Of a DNA stretch of 64,000 nucleotides, positions 1 to 13,500 are shown in pieces. Within the stretch, counting starts at the first letter, position 1; each line of letters starts with the position of its first letter. The notes under the pieces are model-generated. The model made no database searches. It was not told the origin of the DNA and worked only from the letters and a program-made list of their open reading frames with translations. Source of the DNA: Laetmonice hystrix (lineage: Eukaryota); assembly GCA_965235115.1 (NCBI GenBank), contig OZ249436.1, positions 33,232,001 to 33,296,000 on the forward strand, given 5' to 3'. A program made the position numbers and the translations under genes.

Positions 1-130
1 ACGGAAACCAATTATTCATTACATGGTAATTTAGGTATGTGTATTTAAAAAATCCTCAGATATAAAGATTATATTATACATTACAGTCCAATGGAGAAGT
101 CCACTACTTCAACAGGCTTCATACAATGAG

Positions 131-180
131 ACTCACCTACAAAATAAAAGACAAAGAAAATACATTAAAACATTTCACTG
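131..180 (-). other. Strong 3' splice site immediately followed by a consensus 5' splice site (AG|GTGAGT)
   Basis: Minus strand reads GTTTTAATGTATTTTCTTTGTCTTTTATTTTGTAG|GTGAGTCT: branch-point-like TTAAT, long AG-free pyrimidine tract, junction at 137/136. Confidence 0.5.
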
Positions 181-199
181 ATTAAAAGTGTGTACAATA

Positions 200-2000
200 A
201 GAATGGTAAGGCATATAATTGTCTCAGAAGTAAATGCTACACAAAACCCTTTGGCTCCTAATAAAAGTACATTGCATTTCATTACATAGAAATCAATACA
301 CTTTCTGTTCCACTGATTCCTTACTTTGCCTGGGATTACGTTTCAGAATCGTTTTACATTGTACTTCTCCACTTATACCCCTTTGATAACTAGAAAAAAC
401 AACATGGGTCTCGATACAGTTTCTCGGACAACCCCAGTGGAGATTAGCACTGTCAGTTGCTAATCATGTAGAGAGACTAAGATAATCTCAACAGGTACAT
501 ATCCTAATCATCTCCAAACCTAATTGGTTCTCCTTCAGGTACGCCCCGACATATCTTGTTATTATCAGATATCAGTGTGTTTGTCTTTCTATGTCAAGAT
601 ATTCCCATGTTGATACGTAGATATAATTGGTTGTCTTTCTGGTGTAGACCGATATTGATGTTTGTAATCAGTTTAGCTCATCCCTTAATCCACAATGGTA
701 TCACGGATTATATTCAAGTCAATCATGCACTGGAACTGACTGAATCTTTTTATATCGAGTTTCCTTGATAAATCCAAATCCAAGAGTTTAAACAGGAAAA
801 AAACTTTGTCGTCCAATGCTAAAATATAATGTTGAAAATCAATTCCTTGATTAAAGGAATGGGAAACGAAGCAAGTATTGCCCTACCAAATCTTTATAAT
901 TTCAACGCCAACTGTAAATGAGTCTGAGTGGCCATATAAAGATCATATGATTATAATAAGTTTCTCAAGTCAGGTCACTTGACAGTCCAAACATGTAGCA
1001 AACAATAATTAAATATCAGACTGCGGCAGCGTGAGTATGCCGCGTGCGAACATTGAGGCAGGCCATGTGTTTGCTGGCAGTGACTTCATGCTACACTGAC
1101 CCACAGTTCATCACCAATTATGGCAGTTATCTTAAGGAAATGTCCAGACCAGTTCACTCGGTCAACACTGTCACCTTCAGTCTCAACGCTAACCTCATCT
1201 CACTTCTCTCTGACCTAAATAACTGTTTTAACATTCTCCACGATTGTTAAAGTAGCTTTAACAACCACAAAATCTTGTTTTTCTTTCTGGAACAACGAAG
1301 TTGTACTTTCCATCCTTAATAGTTGGTCTTGAATATCAGCAATGTGTCGTCGACGAAGATTAAATAATGTATTGATGACTTCCAATCATTGGACTAGTAC
1401 CTTAAAGGAGCTCCAACAATACAACGTACCTACCCTCGCTCGATCCTTGCCTGGACAAGAAAACTTCGCCACTCTGCACGGAGAGATCGTAGCACGTGCT
1501 GGTATATCTGACTCATCCCAACTGGGACCCCCACCAGATTCCAATGTGGCGACCGAATCCTCCAGCAAACACTGCTAGCAGATAGGGCAAATCCTCGGCT
1601 TACGTTTGGGCCCCGGCCAGCAATCCGAGATGGTCTCAAAGCTGTGATAACTATAAGAGTTCTCAGTTCAAACGGCAACTCCCCTGGTTGATGCAAAGTA
1701 CAGTCTAAGTAGGACCTTATCACTTCTTCTTCCAGAAATAACCTCCATAAAGAATTCTACTCCTAAGACTGAGGGCCCCAATTATTCCGGAGTAACACAC
1801 ATACGTGAACGGTTCCCCAATGTTCACGAAGGCAGACCCTATTTCTCCTGTTCTTATTGCAGCAAGCTTTGAGCTCCTGACGTCAGACCGGAATACTACA
1901 CGGCAACTTCAACTGCACAGAAATGGGCGAAAAACACCCTGCCCCTTCGGGCATGGGGTCTCACAGAAAGTACTACTGTCAGTCGCATAAACCATTATCA
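200..2000 (-). mobile_element. Decayed L1/Tx1-like non-LTR retrotransposon ORF2 remnant
   Basis: Minus-strand translation gives IHYLIFVDDTLLIF at about 1337-1370 (RT YADD-like) and SRQGS about 30 aa upstream with a frameshift. Downstream come VIPLW and a C-terminal WGCPRNCIETHVVF zinc-knuckle-like motif (about 389-437). Many stops. Confidence 0.5.
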
Positions 2001-2689
2001 CTAACCAAATAATAGCAACATCTAAACATCAGACCCTCATCTTCCCCCTGCTGTGAGGTCCATTAAGTTTATTCGTATCATCGGGTCATTTAGAACCAAT
2101 ACTAAATACTTAGGTACATGATGTTAGCGTTCGGCTCTGGGTTATGACATAACGACAGCCGCTACCTATCAGTTCTAGGTATGCAACCCACATGGTATAA
2201 ACAACCACTTACATATAAACCATACGTACATACACAAACACACACGGGGTCATCACTTTGATATCCCCACATTACTAATGACCACATAGGGTAAATGCGG
2301 CATATCAAAAAGCAGATCTAAACCCGACATGGCTACGCCACTTAGAACCACGAAATTTGCCGGGTCAAGTGCGCTCCATCCATCTTTTCATCTCGGACGA
2401 TTCTCCGCCGCTCATGTACACAATCCAGCCCGCTTGTGTCACAAAAATTCACTTAGCTGCTCATCATGAGCCTGGTCGAGTTGGGTTCAGTGGTAGTTAG
2501 AGACCTATTAGCGGGAGGTAGGTCTCCCTAGCTCTGATCAGCTAAATAAGCCCATCTGGGCGCGGCCATGAGCCCGGCTGACATGAATTTTCTGCAGCTT
2601 TGATCAAAGTTACAAAGCAAGCATGTGGCCCCGGTTAGCATTTGAGGGACGATGGTGAACGTTTGAAGGTAAACCCTACCCTGCTATAC

Positions 2690-2718
2690 CAGAGAGACCA
2701 GACGGTCTGGTCTCTCTG
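2690..2718. repeat. Perfect 14-bp-arm palindrome CAGAGAGACCAGAC-G-GTCTGGTCTCTCTG
   Basis: Arms at 2690-2703 and 2705-2718 are exact reverse complements. Confidence 0.95.
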
Positions 2719-5581
2719 CTTCCATGACGGGCAAGGGAAGAGAGAGAGAGAGAGGGGGGGTGGCAAGTACCCAATAACACGAGGAAAACCCAAGAGACAT
2801 TCAACCTGACATATCTAAGACTTGGAACCTTCCATTTCAAATCTTATCCAGATATTTGAATTAGTTTAAAAAACACAGGAAGGAGGGAATGCATAGAGAT
2901 CCTGACAGTGTCCTCATCACAACTGTTACCGGATTTAATATACATATATCCTGGAATACAATCTTTACTCCAGCCACGCCCATGTCACTATATGCGATAC
3001 AGGAATATTGAGGGATGCAACAGATTAGCTACGCCCAAGTCTTGCGTAAGTTATTGATCATAAATCTCATTTATTATACCAATAACTGGCACTTGAAGTA
3101 GACTTATGGCTGTCTGTTGTGTAGCCAAGCAGACGTGGGTCTATCTGGGTAGGGCAGAGATTGCCTCATGGTATACTCTCTCCCCTTGTGGCCGGGACCC
3201 CAATCAGTATTACGGCAACGAGGGATCCTATGATAAATGTGGCTGAGGTCCCTGAATAGGTTCCTAATAGGGCGGGGTGGCAGCGGTGGCCTGCCACCAA
3301 TCAGTGCACCGTGTCGACAAACGGCCACTCCACAGCCAGCTAAATAGAGATATCTTTTCTTAAACATATACATGTATATATGTCCAAGGAATGGGTTGTT
3401 TATATAGAGCAGAAACTGTATACTATACGACTACGAACCCAATCTTCTAGAGTCCTACCGCTGGATCAGTTTGTGCATGGATCGGCTTGGCGTGAACAAA
3501 TTCAAAACACGGAAACAAGTTTGTTTTAATACATACATTTATGAATATCATAAATTGAAGAATCGATCGTTGGTATGAATTCCACCCATAGATAAGAAAA
3601 CATTTCTTTGACAACTATAAGCCTCGGATTCAGATATTTCTTCAACACTGACACTGAAAAAACATCACCGTCTGTCTATGACACGAGAACCGTCGCGTGT
3701 TGACGAGGGCCATATGTATACAGGAGCCGTGTAATATAGGACCACATTACCATTAGGAAACCCATCACCCGGGATACAGTATCAACCCTGCCATGAAGTA
3801 TCCGCACTTCTACAGCCTTCCTGAGATACAGTGTAAAGTGGTAGGGCTCCCCGGCCCGGTGACCTCAGCCTATAGTCACCCCATAAAGCCCCAATCTCTG
3901 TCCGGAGATCCTGCCCCCCACCCCGTCTCCGAACCCTGGCCAGACTGGGGTGTCAGCAGTCACCCCCGGAGGCTCCAGCCGAGGTGGTGCCGATGGTGGT
4001 TACACCCACCACCACCACCACAATCCTCCAGATGGACACGATCCATACAAATTGAGTTATTGCGAGGTTGGCCTATCAACAACACCCAGCCATTTGGACT
4101 CTGTGGATCAGCAAACAAATTGGTTTGTGGCACAACACTCTCTCGTAGTTTGTAGTTCTGTGCCAAGATAACAGTATAAAGTTCGCTTTGGGTTCGCTGC
4201 CCCCAACAGCATATAAAAAAAGAGCTAAGTGTGATATTGACACTTAGTGGTTTGTAAAACACCCACCTGTCAACTGCCACGTTCTTCAGGAGCCATCAGT
4301 GGTGTTTTTCTTTCTCCGACATCAAAATCGAGCTGATTAGATTTGGCATGACACTGTTGAATGTTAGTCAGATGACGCCCAAAAACATCTTCACCTAGAG
4401 AACCCAACCCCCGTTTCGAATTCTCCTAATCTGTTTGATATGTATACCACGGGGTGGAAACATATTTTAGATAAAACAGCCCCGATTTTTTTAAACTTTT
4501 TTTCAGACAGGTCCTGAAAACAGGTTTGTCTTTGTATCAGTTCTAAAGATGATGTTGGCAGGGCGCTCTGAGCCGTACACATGTTCCACATGGCCGGCAA
4601 GCAAGGTTCTGGGTATTGCCTGTCAGTGCCACTTTGGCCGAGCCCAGATAGGTTGTCCTGTGTTGAGGGTCTAATTGACTCCTACAAGATACCAGTGCCA
4701 GGTGCCTGCATCAGACTGGCTGACGGGTAAGTTAAGGTGAGCACAGGTATGGACCAGGTAATGACGTCTGTCAGCCTGCCTTCTGTCTTCTTCCCCCACG
4801 ATCCACCCCTCACAACCCGACCAACGGCAATATACCCAACTTGTTTCCACAGTGATAACATTCGTGAAATGCCCCCAACTAAAAATATTTACAAGATAAG
4901 GTTTTCATCCCCACCTTGAGGTCTTTAGCGGAGAGTATAGTGTAAGCAAGTAGCATCTGCACCCAATGCTCGTGTTTCAAGCCAATATCTCCGTGCCCGC
5001 AATATATTTCCCCTCCGTCCGTGCAGTCTGTTTTTGTAACCCCTGAACTGCCCAGTTCACCAAGAACTGTTCGCAATGTTGCGGCCTAATGCAATATACC
5101 CTCATTTACCTGTTGCTTGTCAGTAGAGCGCCACGCCTGGTATTTGCAGGGTGTTAAGCCTATCAGCAGGTACGAGAAGCCGAAGTGACCCTACCAAATA
5201 ACCTTGATGATATATACCCAGACTGGCTCCTCCGATATTTGCTCCCGTCATAAAATCATTTTTTTCCTGGTGTAAGACTACAAGTCGTGTCTGCGACCCA
5301 CTGCCGTTTCTTTAGATTAGCTAATATCAGGGTTTTATACAAGTGGGGTTCGGGTAACTGGGTAAGGGTAGATCTAAAGGCTGGTAGCCACTCGCACCAG
5401 GATGGGCCTGCCAGCCGGGTGTACGTACGGTATGTACCAATAATTCGGTCCATGCAGCCGCCGGACTTGTCTCTGAATGCCGGTTATGTTTGGTGCCTGC
5501 ACCATGTTATTTCCCTTCGCCCACCTCCTGCTGGCTACTGGGTCCCGTAGGAGTCCGCAGACCTGTACGGAGTAATCCCCA

Positions 5582-5632
5582 CTCCTTTCCCTCCCCTTCC
5601 CTTCCTTTCCTTCCTTTCCTTTCCTTCTCCCT
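5582..5632. repeat. Polypyrimidine (CCTT/CCCTT)n tract
   Basis: Run of about 50 nt made almost entirely of C and T. Confidence 0.9.
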
Positions 5633-6228
5633 AGTCAGGATGAGGAGGGGCCCCGGACCCAACTCCCAAATGCCAAGATGTGTGCCCCACCCCTAGTAAC
5701 AGCTGGCCCCTGGTATCCACCCTCACCCTGGGGTCTTCTAGCCCACCCTCACTCACCCTCCTTTCCTTCAGCCGTGGGGGTCAATACATTCCTCTCACAT
5801 ACCCCTCTCTGACCCTCGGTCACCCCTGCCCTACCCCACCCTGTTCTTGGCCACCCCTTGCTACTTATCAGAACATCACATAATAGTCTCCTCACAAGAT
5901 GAGCAAGATTTCATAAACCAAAGAGTCCCTGAATCTAAGTTATTCATATGAAAACATAAATTATAGGGACATTGAACCTAGCTCATAACCCGACAGCACA
6001 GTCGGAAACTTATTAAGTTCCACAATAGTCGTGTCTCAAAATCTATCAAATGCACCCGTGCACCCATTCTTCCTTCCTATAATGAAAATACAAGATGGCT
6101 TATATCGTAAGCATAACACATTGAAATGGCGACGGGGTAAAATCCTATTAAATCTTTTATGCTTACACAAGGTTTTGCCAATAGAATTGGCCTACCGGGG
6201 GATACATGTTTAATTGAATTCTCCACAG

Positions 6229-6471
6229 GTGGGGAGGGAGGGGAGAGACTAGACACTCAGCCCAGCTAACATCATCCAATGGCCCAGTGCCTCAGGGCGG
6301 GGCGGACGGGCAGGCCAGGAGCAGGGGCTGGCTGCCAGCTGTGCGGCCCAGTACCTGACCCAGACAAGGTACCGAGCCGCTGATCCATGTCCGTCTCAGC
6401 AGGTGGGTGTGGTGTTGGACTGGGAGGTGGGGCTCCTGGGGTTCAGTCACCTGACATATGTCACCAAATGA
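6229..6471 (+). pseudogene. Possible B30.2/SPRY-domain gene fragment
   Basis: Frame reads ...PSQQVGVVLDWEVGLLGFSHL, resembling the SPRY motif RVGVxLDYExGxLSF. Preceded by acceptor CTCCACAG, but with in-frame stops at 6250 and 6469. Confidence 0.3.
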
Positions 6472-9400
6472 TCATTCAACCCCTGCAACTTATGTCCTCC
6501 CACTATCTCACCTGGCCCTGGCCTTATTCACAGAAACATGATCCCACCTCAGACCTCAAAGTTAGAACTAGTCTAGCAAAGCAAATGAAAGTCAGAGAAA
6601 TTGTCGGTATCTTCACGGCTGTTGAACATCTTCGCACACAATGAATAAACCAGAGTAACAACAGGCGTAACGCTAGGGCGAGTACACACCTAAACTACTT
6701 TCTACTGTACGGTACCTCTATACAAAACCTCCTAAAACATTCTCACAGATAACCCTTCAATAACATCACCCAACAGCTCCTTTTGGAGTGTCTTTAAGTC
6801 AATATTACTGCATTCATTGTTACGAAGAACGTCATAGTGATTTTGAACCCTAAATGACGCCTGTCGTCAATGAATATCCTTTGACAGTGGTAGCATGACA
6901 GATATTCCTGACTTGCCACAGGCTATTTGTACACATCATTTTTGACCTCGGCGGCAACGGCCATCACCGCGACGACAAAATGACAGGCTTGCTGACGCAA
7001 AGTGTACACAGAAGGGAGGAAATTATAGGTATTTCATGCAGACGCACAGGAAAAAGTGGTCCCTACCAAAGTGGTCGGCTTGCAAAGCGGAAAAAGCGTC
7101 GTATGTAGAAAGCGTATGTGGCATGCACATGCAACATGCAACTCTCACTCAGTGCTACAGATATATCCGAAAGAACTTTCAGCAAAGTTTTCCTTCTTGT
7201 TCTGTTTTACTTTTTCTCATAAGAAATAAGTATTGTATTACAAAGTAACAAATAAACAAACTCGTACGCATGCACCAAACACCGTCAGTCCGTATAAGAC
7301 ACTTTCGTTATGCAAAAGGAGTATAAATTGGCTTAGGTTGAGTAGTTCCAGCTTTTAGGTTCTGATTCAAAGTTTATGATTGCAACTTGTAACGTGAATG
7401 TATGAAATTCTCCTATTTTAAGCAAGGATGTTTTCTAGACACGGATAAAAAAAAGTCAGGGTTTTTGCTTTTAAAGTTTTATGCTGGCGTTTGCAGAGAT
7501 GAGCCTGTCCACAACACTGGCCTTACACAGATGGAACAAAAAAACTTGTTCCAACCTTCAAGTATTTATGGTAAGTAGGTCAATGTTGAGGGAACCATTG
7601 TGAATTGCAATAAACATGGCTAATTAAGTGCAATTGTCTGTAAAAGTTGATTAGGCAGGATGACAGGCCTTTGCAAGGCATTTGCCAGCTGATGAGGCAA
7701 CAGGGTGGGCGGGGTTATAGAAGGAGATCACTCATCTCTGCACCAACTGATGCTCGGCTGTTGGCAAACATCTAACTCTTGTGAGAGATGGCAGTGTGCG
7801 ATGATTTATAACCGCTGATATTACTATGTGTTGTAAGCCCCTGGTCTGGGATTCTACTGAGGATGATTCGAGACCATCCACCAATATATCTTCTACACTC
7901 AGGTCATTATTACATCCCCTATGTCATCTTTGACACGTGAAAAAAAAACTCTACTGCATGTACGTGAACAAATCATTTCAAGGCTTTCAATAATTCAAAT
8001 ATTTTATACCCGTATCGTACATAATACACCGTGTATATGTCCAGGAATACAGGATCTAAAAAGAAAAAAAACAAAAAACAAAAAAACTACCATTTCCTAT
8101 TCCCTTGTCCAGTCACTTTGGTACCAATTTTTCCCCCAAAACTCCTAGATGTCTCTTCATGCAGGATTAGACATCTAAATTCGCAACTGAAGTAATTTCG
8201 TAACTTCTTTTAATCATGGATCCCAGATAATAGGCACAATATTACTGAATAATCTACCCACACCTTTCACCTTTTCTTTGGATAACAAAGAAATTATTTG
8301 TACTGAGCGAAAAATTCACTTGTTGTGTCTATAGGAAAAAGGATTTACCAGTAATGTTTTTGTAAGGACAAAATACATTAATTATTAATGGCCGTGATTC
8401 CCAACATTGTGGCCTGCCTAGATACAGTATATTGAGGAAGGGAATAGTTCTGAGAAGTAAACGTGCCACCTATACAGGCATGTAACTATGCAGACACAGA
8501 GGGTGTTTGCAGGAAAAAATGTTCTCTGTTTAGAGAAAGGAAAGCGTGCAGTAGAGAGAGGGGGAGGGGGAAAGAGGGTGTATTCTGCGGATGGAGACAA
8601 CAGATCCATCATCTTGATTTGATCCAGTCTTTTGTCATGAAGGTTATACAAGGGCCCTGTCAGATGTTATCCTTACTGTATGTGTCCGTTTATATTCATA
8701 CAGTGCGCCGCCTACCATGGGCAATGTCTAGTTCTATAACGGGCCACGACTGACTGACCCTGCCCGACCCCTCCCCCAGGCATCCACCACCCAGACACTG
8801 GCTCAACTGGCCTCCTTTGCTGTTCAATATCACAGCCCTTCCCCACGCTAGATGTGTAATAAAATGTATATCTGTGGATCTTGGCCGCCACGGCCGTGCA
8901 GGGCGCGGCAGAGAAACATTGATTGGTCATTGACCAAGTGCCAGCGTCGTGCCCTCTAATCTTGTTGTAGGGCAGCCGTGATGCAATCTGGTGCCATCAA
9001 ACCTAACGGTCACTCCCCAATCACAGTCAAGCAGACAGTATATAAGTAGATCATTTCTCTGAACAAAATATTGTGGTCATACCTTATTGAGAACTACCAA
9101 TGACACAAGTTACCTACAACTCCAGGCCACAGCGTCATCTTATATTTCCAAACGCTCAACTTGAACACATATATTTCAATCTTCGGGATTTTGTGGTCAG
9201 CTAAAAAAAGGTCCCATAAAGACACCACACTATACAGACATACATAAGAGTGCTCTTTGCCTTCCCAATATCTCCCACAGGTCTGACTGGTGAATGTGTC
9301 CTGGTGCTGACTACAAGAACTGTAGGTCCCAGGAACCGTGAAGCGCTCTCCCATGGCATCCTATACACATCCTCAATATGATGTTGATGTTATATAATAT

Positions 9401-9649
9401 GGAGATCTATATAGGCAATCACCCTGTTACCGGTTCACAATGCTCCAGAACAATTTGCCCAAATTGCCTTTACTGGCTCTTAGTGATCAAGGTCTTCTGT
9501 TGTGTCCCTCTGGAAGATCCCTCTATCCAGAAGGGGCGTGGGGGTCACAGTATAAACTGGACCAAAGGGCATCCCAGTCCAGCTCCCCACACCCACCCCG
9601 GCCCAATCCCCCACCCTGCCTGTAGGGGCCATTCCCATATCGGCCCACT

Positions 9650-10560
9650 GAGTTCTGACATTATTGCAAGCAGTTATGCCAAAACTGAGACCTTCCCCTC
9701 CCCGCTGACCTGGCTACATTGAGGTGCATTGATCCCCTGAGGCAGTCCCTCGCCACTCGCTTCCGTCCGCTGGAACAAGAGGCCAAACACATCGATGACC
9801 ATTGCCTCTCCTAGCCACAGCGGGCGGCCATCTGGACAAACGGCCTCCAATGGAACATGACAGCAATGACCAGGCGCCCCACTCTTGGTATCTCTTACGC
9901 AGATGTCAATTTGGATCCCGGGTACGATCGGTTGGCCGTGAGGCTGCCATAAAAAGTCTCATAAACCCCTGATAACATGGTGGGAATGAACAGATGAGGA
10001 TGGTGTAGGGGATCAACAGTGTAGCAATTCACTGATGAACCAACGGTATACATCAATCGGGATGCCAATGTGACCTCTGTCAAATATACACGGTCATATC
10101 AAGTCATATCTCTAAACTTGTTGTGACTGCCTCATGTACCGATCCAGCTCAATGAAAACACGATTGAATCATTCATGATATACTATTAGTTGTCTTAATA
10201 CCACAGGATATATGATAACGAAATCTGATACTGCGGTTGCGTAAGCTTTAATGCAGAGAGCCCAACACGTACATAACGAGGTCCTGCCCAGTGAATTGGT
10301 ACATGGCGCACAATGCATGATAAATGGCTGTGCCATGGAATGGCGCGTGTAATCCATACACATCACAGGACAGTACATCGATAACGCCAGGTCGGCCGAC
10401 ATCAAATCGAATCCACATCCAGGAGAAAAACAAAGAAAGGAAGATGGGTCTCTCCCCGAGGCCTTGATACAATCTTGACCAATGGCCAGCTCTACCCACC
10501 CCCACCTCATATTGTAGCTTGGCTGATCGAGTTTGTGGGATGACCGAGTGGCCACAGAGC
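9650..10560 (-). mobile_element. Decayed L1/Tx1-like RT remnant
   Basis: KIVSRPRGETHLPFFVFLL (RQGxPLSP-like region), ISLSYILWY*DN (YADD-like), TLASRLMYTVGSSV (LSxxGRxxL-like) and DFLWQ...SGAPG (FxW...GGLG-like), in the expected order. Confidence 0.45.
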
Positions 10561-13500
10561 TACCTGAACCCATTTATTCCATCCTTAGATGTAACATAGT
10601 TATATTTGAATCAAACGCAACAATAGAGATATTATCTCAAAATCTACTGCCCTGTTATACGATTTATAACGTTTTGATGTTTTCATTCGTTCCTAGCTCC
10701 TATACATCGATGATGTGATTTAATTTATTCTAAATTATACCCTAAACAATTCCATAATAAAACCTAGATTCCCGCCGCATTCTCTATTATCTTTTACCAA
10801 AAATTCTTTCAACAGATAAATATGTACACGACAAAAATCGATTGGAGATGTTTACATTTAAGTGTATCGCCTCATTTCCTCTGACGGAATCCCTACTAAA
10901 TCCGGCCCAATCGTTGCCAATCTAAATAAACTATTGAAGAGAACGGTAAAGACTAGCAGGCAGGTTATTCCAGCAGTCATGTAACTCAATCTGCACAAAT
11001 CAAGTCAAGTCAAATTGGATCACGACAAAGTCAGTGGGTGTGTACATAGGTCAAGTTAGCCTTCTTAGTGCCACCAGCTAACATCAAGAGTCTCTTCTGG
11101 CAACCCGAGCTCAGGCAGGCTCCAAGCTGAGGATCGATTCCATGCCTTAAGTCACCTTTAACGAGGTTACACACGACTCAATTCCAACCTTGCCCACTTA
11201 AAGAGCACATGGTCAAATTGTTGCGGACAAGAGCAAAGTGTTTTAATGAGGTCTACTCATTCAATAATTCCATTTGTAACGTTTCATTTGGTAATATGAC
11301 AGGCAGACACAATAGAACAGGAATGTTATTTTCCGAGTATAGTCTATAGATTCCGTTGTGTTACCGTTACCTAGCTTCTTGTCAAATATCAAATGTAACT
11401 GTTCCTTCCAAATAAATATTTCAGCCTATGTGTTTTCATTGCTTCCGAATATATCAAGTCGTACATTGATTTTGAGAGGACATTCCCGTTCTGTATCCAC
11501 CCACACCATTTCCATTTGAAACATCGCGTTGTAGTATACCGCTTTCAGTGCCAAGCAGAGTTATACCAAACTTGGATGTAAATTACCTTCTAATCTACCT
11601 GTCGACCAGACCCAACCCTGATGTTAAAGTTTAGGAAAAACAATGCATGTCCATTTTGATCCACAGACCGCACCAGACCACATTACAAGTTTTGCTGGTG
11701 TTTTCTTTCTACACTGACTATGAAAGCTGAAAAAAAGCATTTTTAATAATTTTGGATCCTTGAGATCACCCAGTTTTGCATGGGTGGAATCCGTAAGATG
11801 TCACACGATCGTAAAAACTTAGTTTACAGTAAAGTCACTTTACTGCCATGGTGTTATGTCTGACACCTTTTCTGGCAGACAGGAAAAAAGGGGAGGACGT
11901 CGAATGCCTTTTGCCCACTGCCTGTGGCCGTATTCAGACTGGTCACAGAATACAAAATAAGTCTAGACAAACATGTACAAGTGACAAATGACCATAAAGC
12001 AGGTGTTAATGCACTGGGGCAGACGTCTACATTAAAACGGCACTACATGCCTACAGATGAAGGTTGCAGAATCCTTGCCAACTCCAACGGTTAACTACCC
12101 GCAGGGTGGACTGGAGAAAATATCCTTGATCGATCCATAAAGACATGATGAATGACAGGTTATGACAGGGGACATGGCAAGAAAATAATAAATTATGATG
12201 TTTTGTCACTCTGCAATGGTAATTACTGTCCAAACTTTGGCGTATCTAATCTTACCCGACTACTACATACTGATAAAATAAAGCTCGCAGGGTCTTATGT
12301 CGTCAATGACGATTTACTTTATAAACTATTAATATAGAAAGTTTCAGAGCCATCGATTCTATTCATTGAATATTACGTTTTCCGATTCCAGATGTAGTCA
12401 CCGAAACACCAATTTAGTTTATCTGAGGTAGTATGGTTTGAAAGCCATTAAAGAGTCTTGATATTAATAAATACGTAGTATCTTATTATAGCTAGGGGAC
12501 ATTACAGCACTTGGACATAAAAACTACTGGTACTTGAGAAGTGTTCAATGCTTGAACAACTCTTCTTTACCAGAATTATGTCAACCCCTAAAACAGCCAC
12601 AATTTGCCATCCCCTCCTCTCTCTCATCCCTATAATCATGACCATGTATCTGACGATAAAGTTTTCCATTTGACTGTATTTGAGATAGGATCAGGGCATT
12701 TATAACGTGAACGGGGAATGCCCCGCGATCCCGTGCACTCCGGCTCGAACTGGGTGATTGGCCAACATGTAGATTACCGTATCGCAGCAAATGACTGCCG
12801 TCGCAAACGCACTGCAGTTAATCAAGCCGTCCCCACACTTTATCAGGAACAAAAGCCCATCACCGTGTGCCTGCTACTGCTGCTTGCCGCAGTTTGTGGA
12901 CAGTGTCTGCAGCCACAACCTGGTAACAATCTCACCGGCTCAACATTGCAATATCACACCGGCCACGCTGAGTCATAAACGGCCACAGATAAATGCCTGC
13001 GTCTGACCAGTTTCTATACCGAATGTGATGAATTTTGTGACTCTTGACATCCATATAACTATCAGTTCTGATGGACTTATATCCTTTGTATGAAGGCTTC
13101 AGCTTCTTTCAGGAAGTAATTTTCTCATAATTGAAGTTTTTATTTTTCAAGGAATATGAGAAAATTGCTTTCTTTTATAATGTTTAATGAAACACATCAC
13201 ATTGTCACTTTTCTGTACTTTATCAATTTCATGCATAATTTAGCATTCAATGAGTTGTACGGTATTGCTGGGTCTTGTAGCGCAATGCCCAGAAATACTA
13301 AGATCAAATTCGTCGCACTCTTTGGGTGGTAAACATTCTTAAAGGTATAAGTACATGTATCCCACACAAGCATGTCATTTTGTCAACCTCCTTATTATAA
13401 TCTCAGTGTCACAACCAAAGATGTCCAGATTACGCTGGTCCACTGAATCTTTCAGTTCCGAGAGAAAGCTTTATACAAGGTCGCATGTTAGTGTAGGGGG

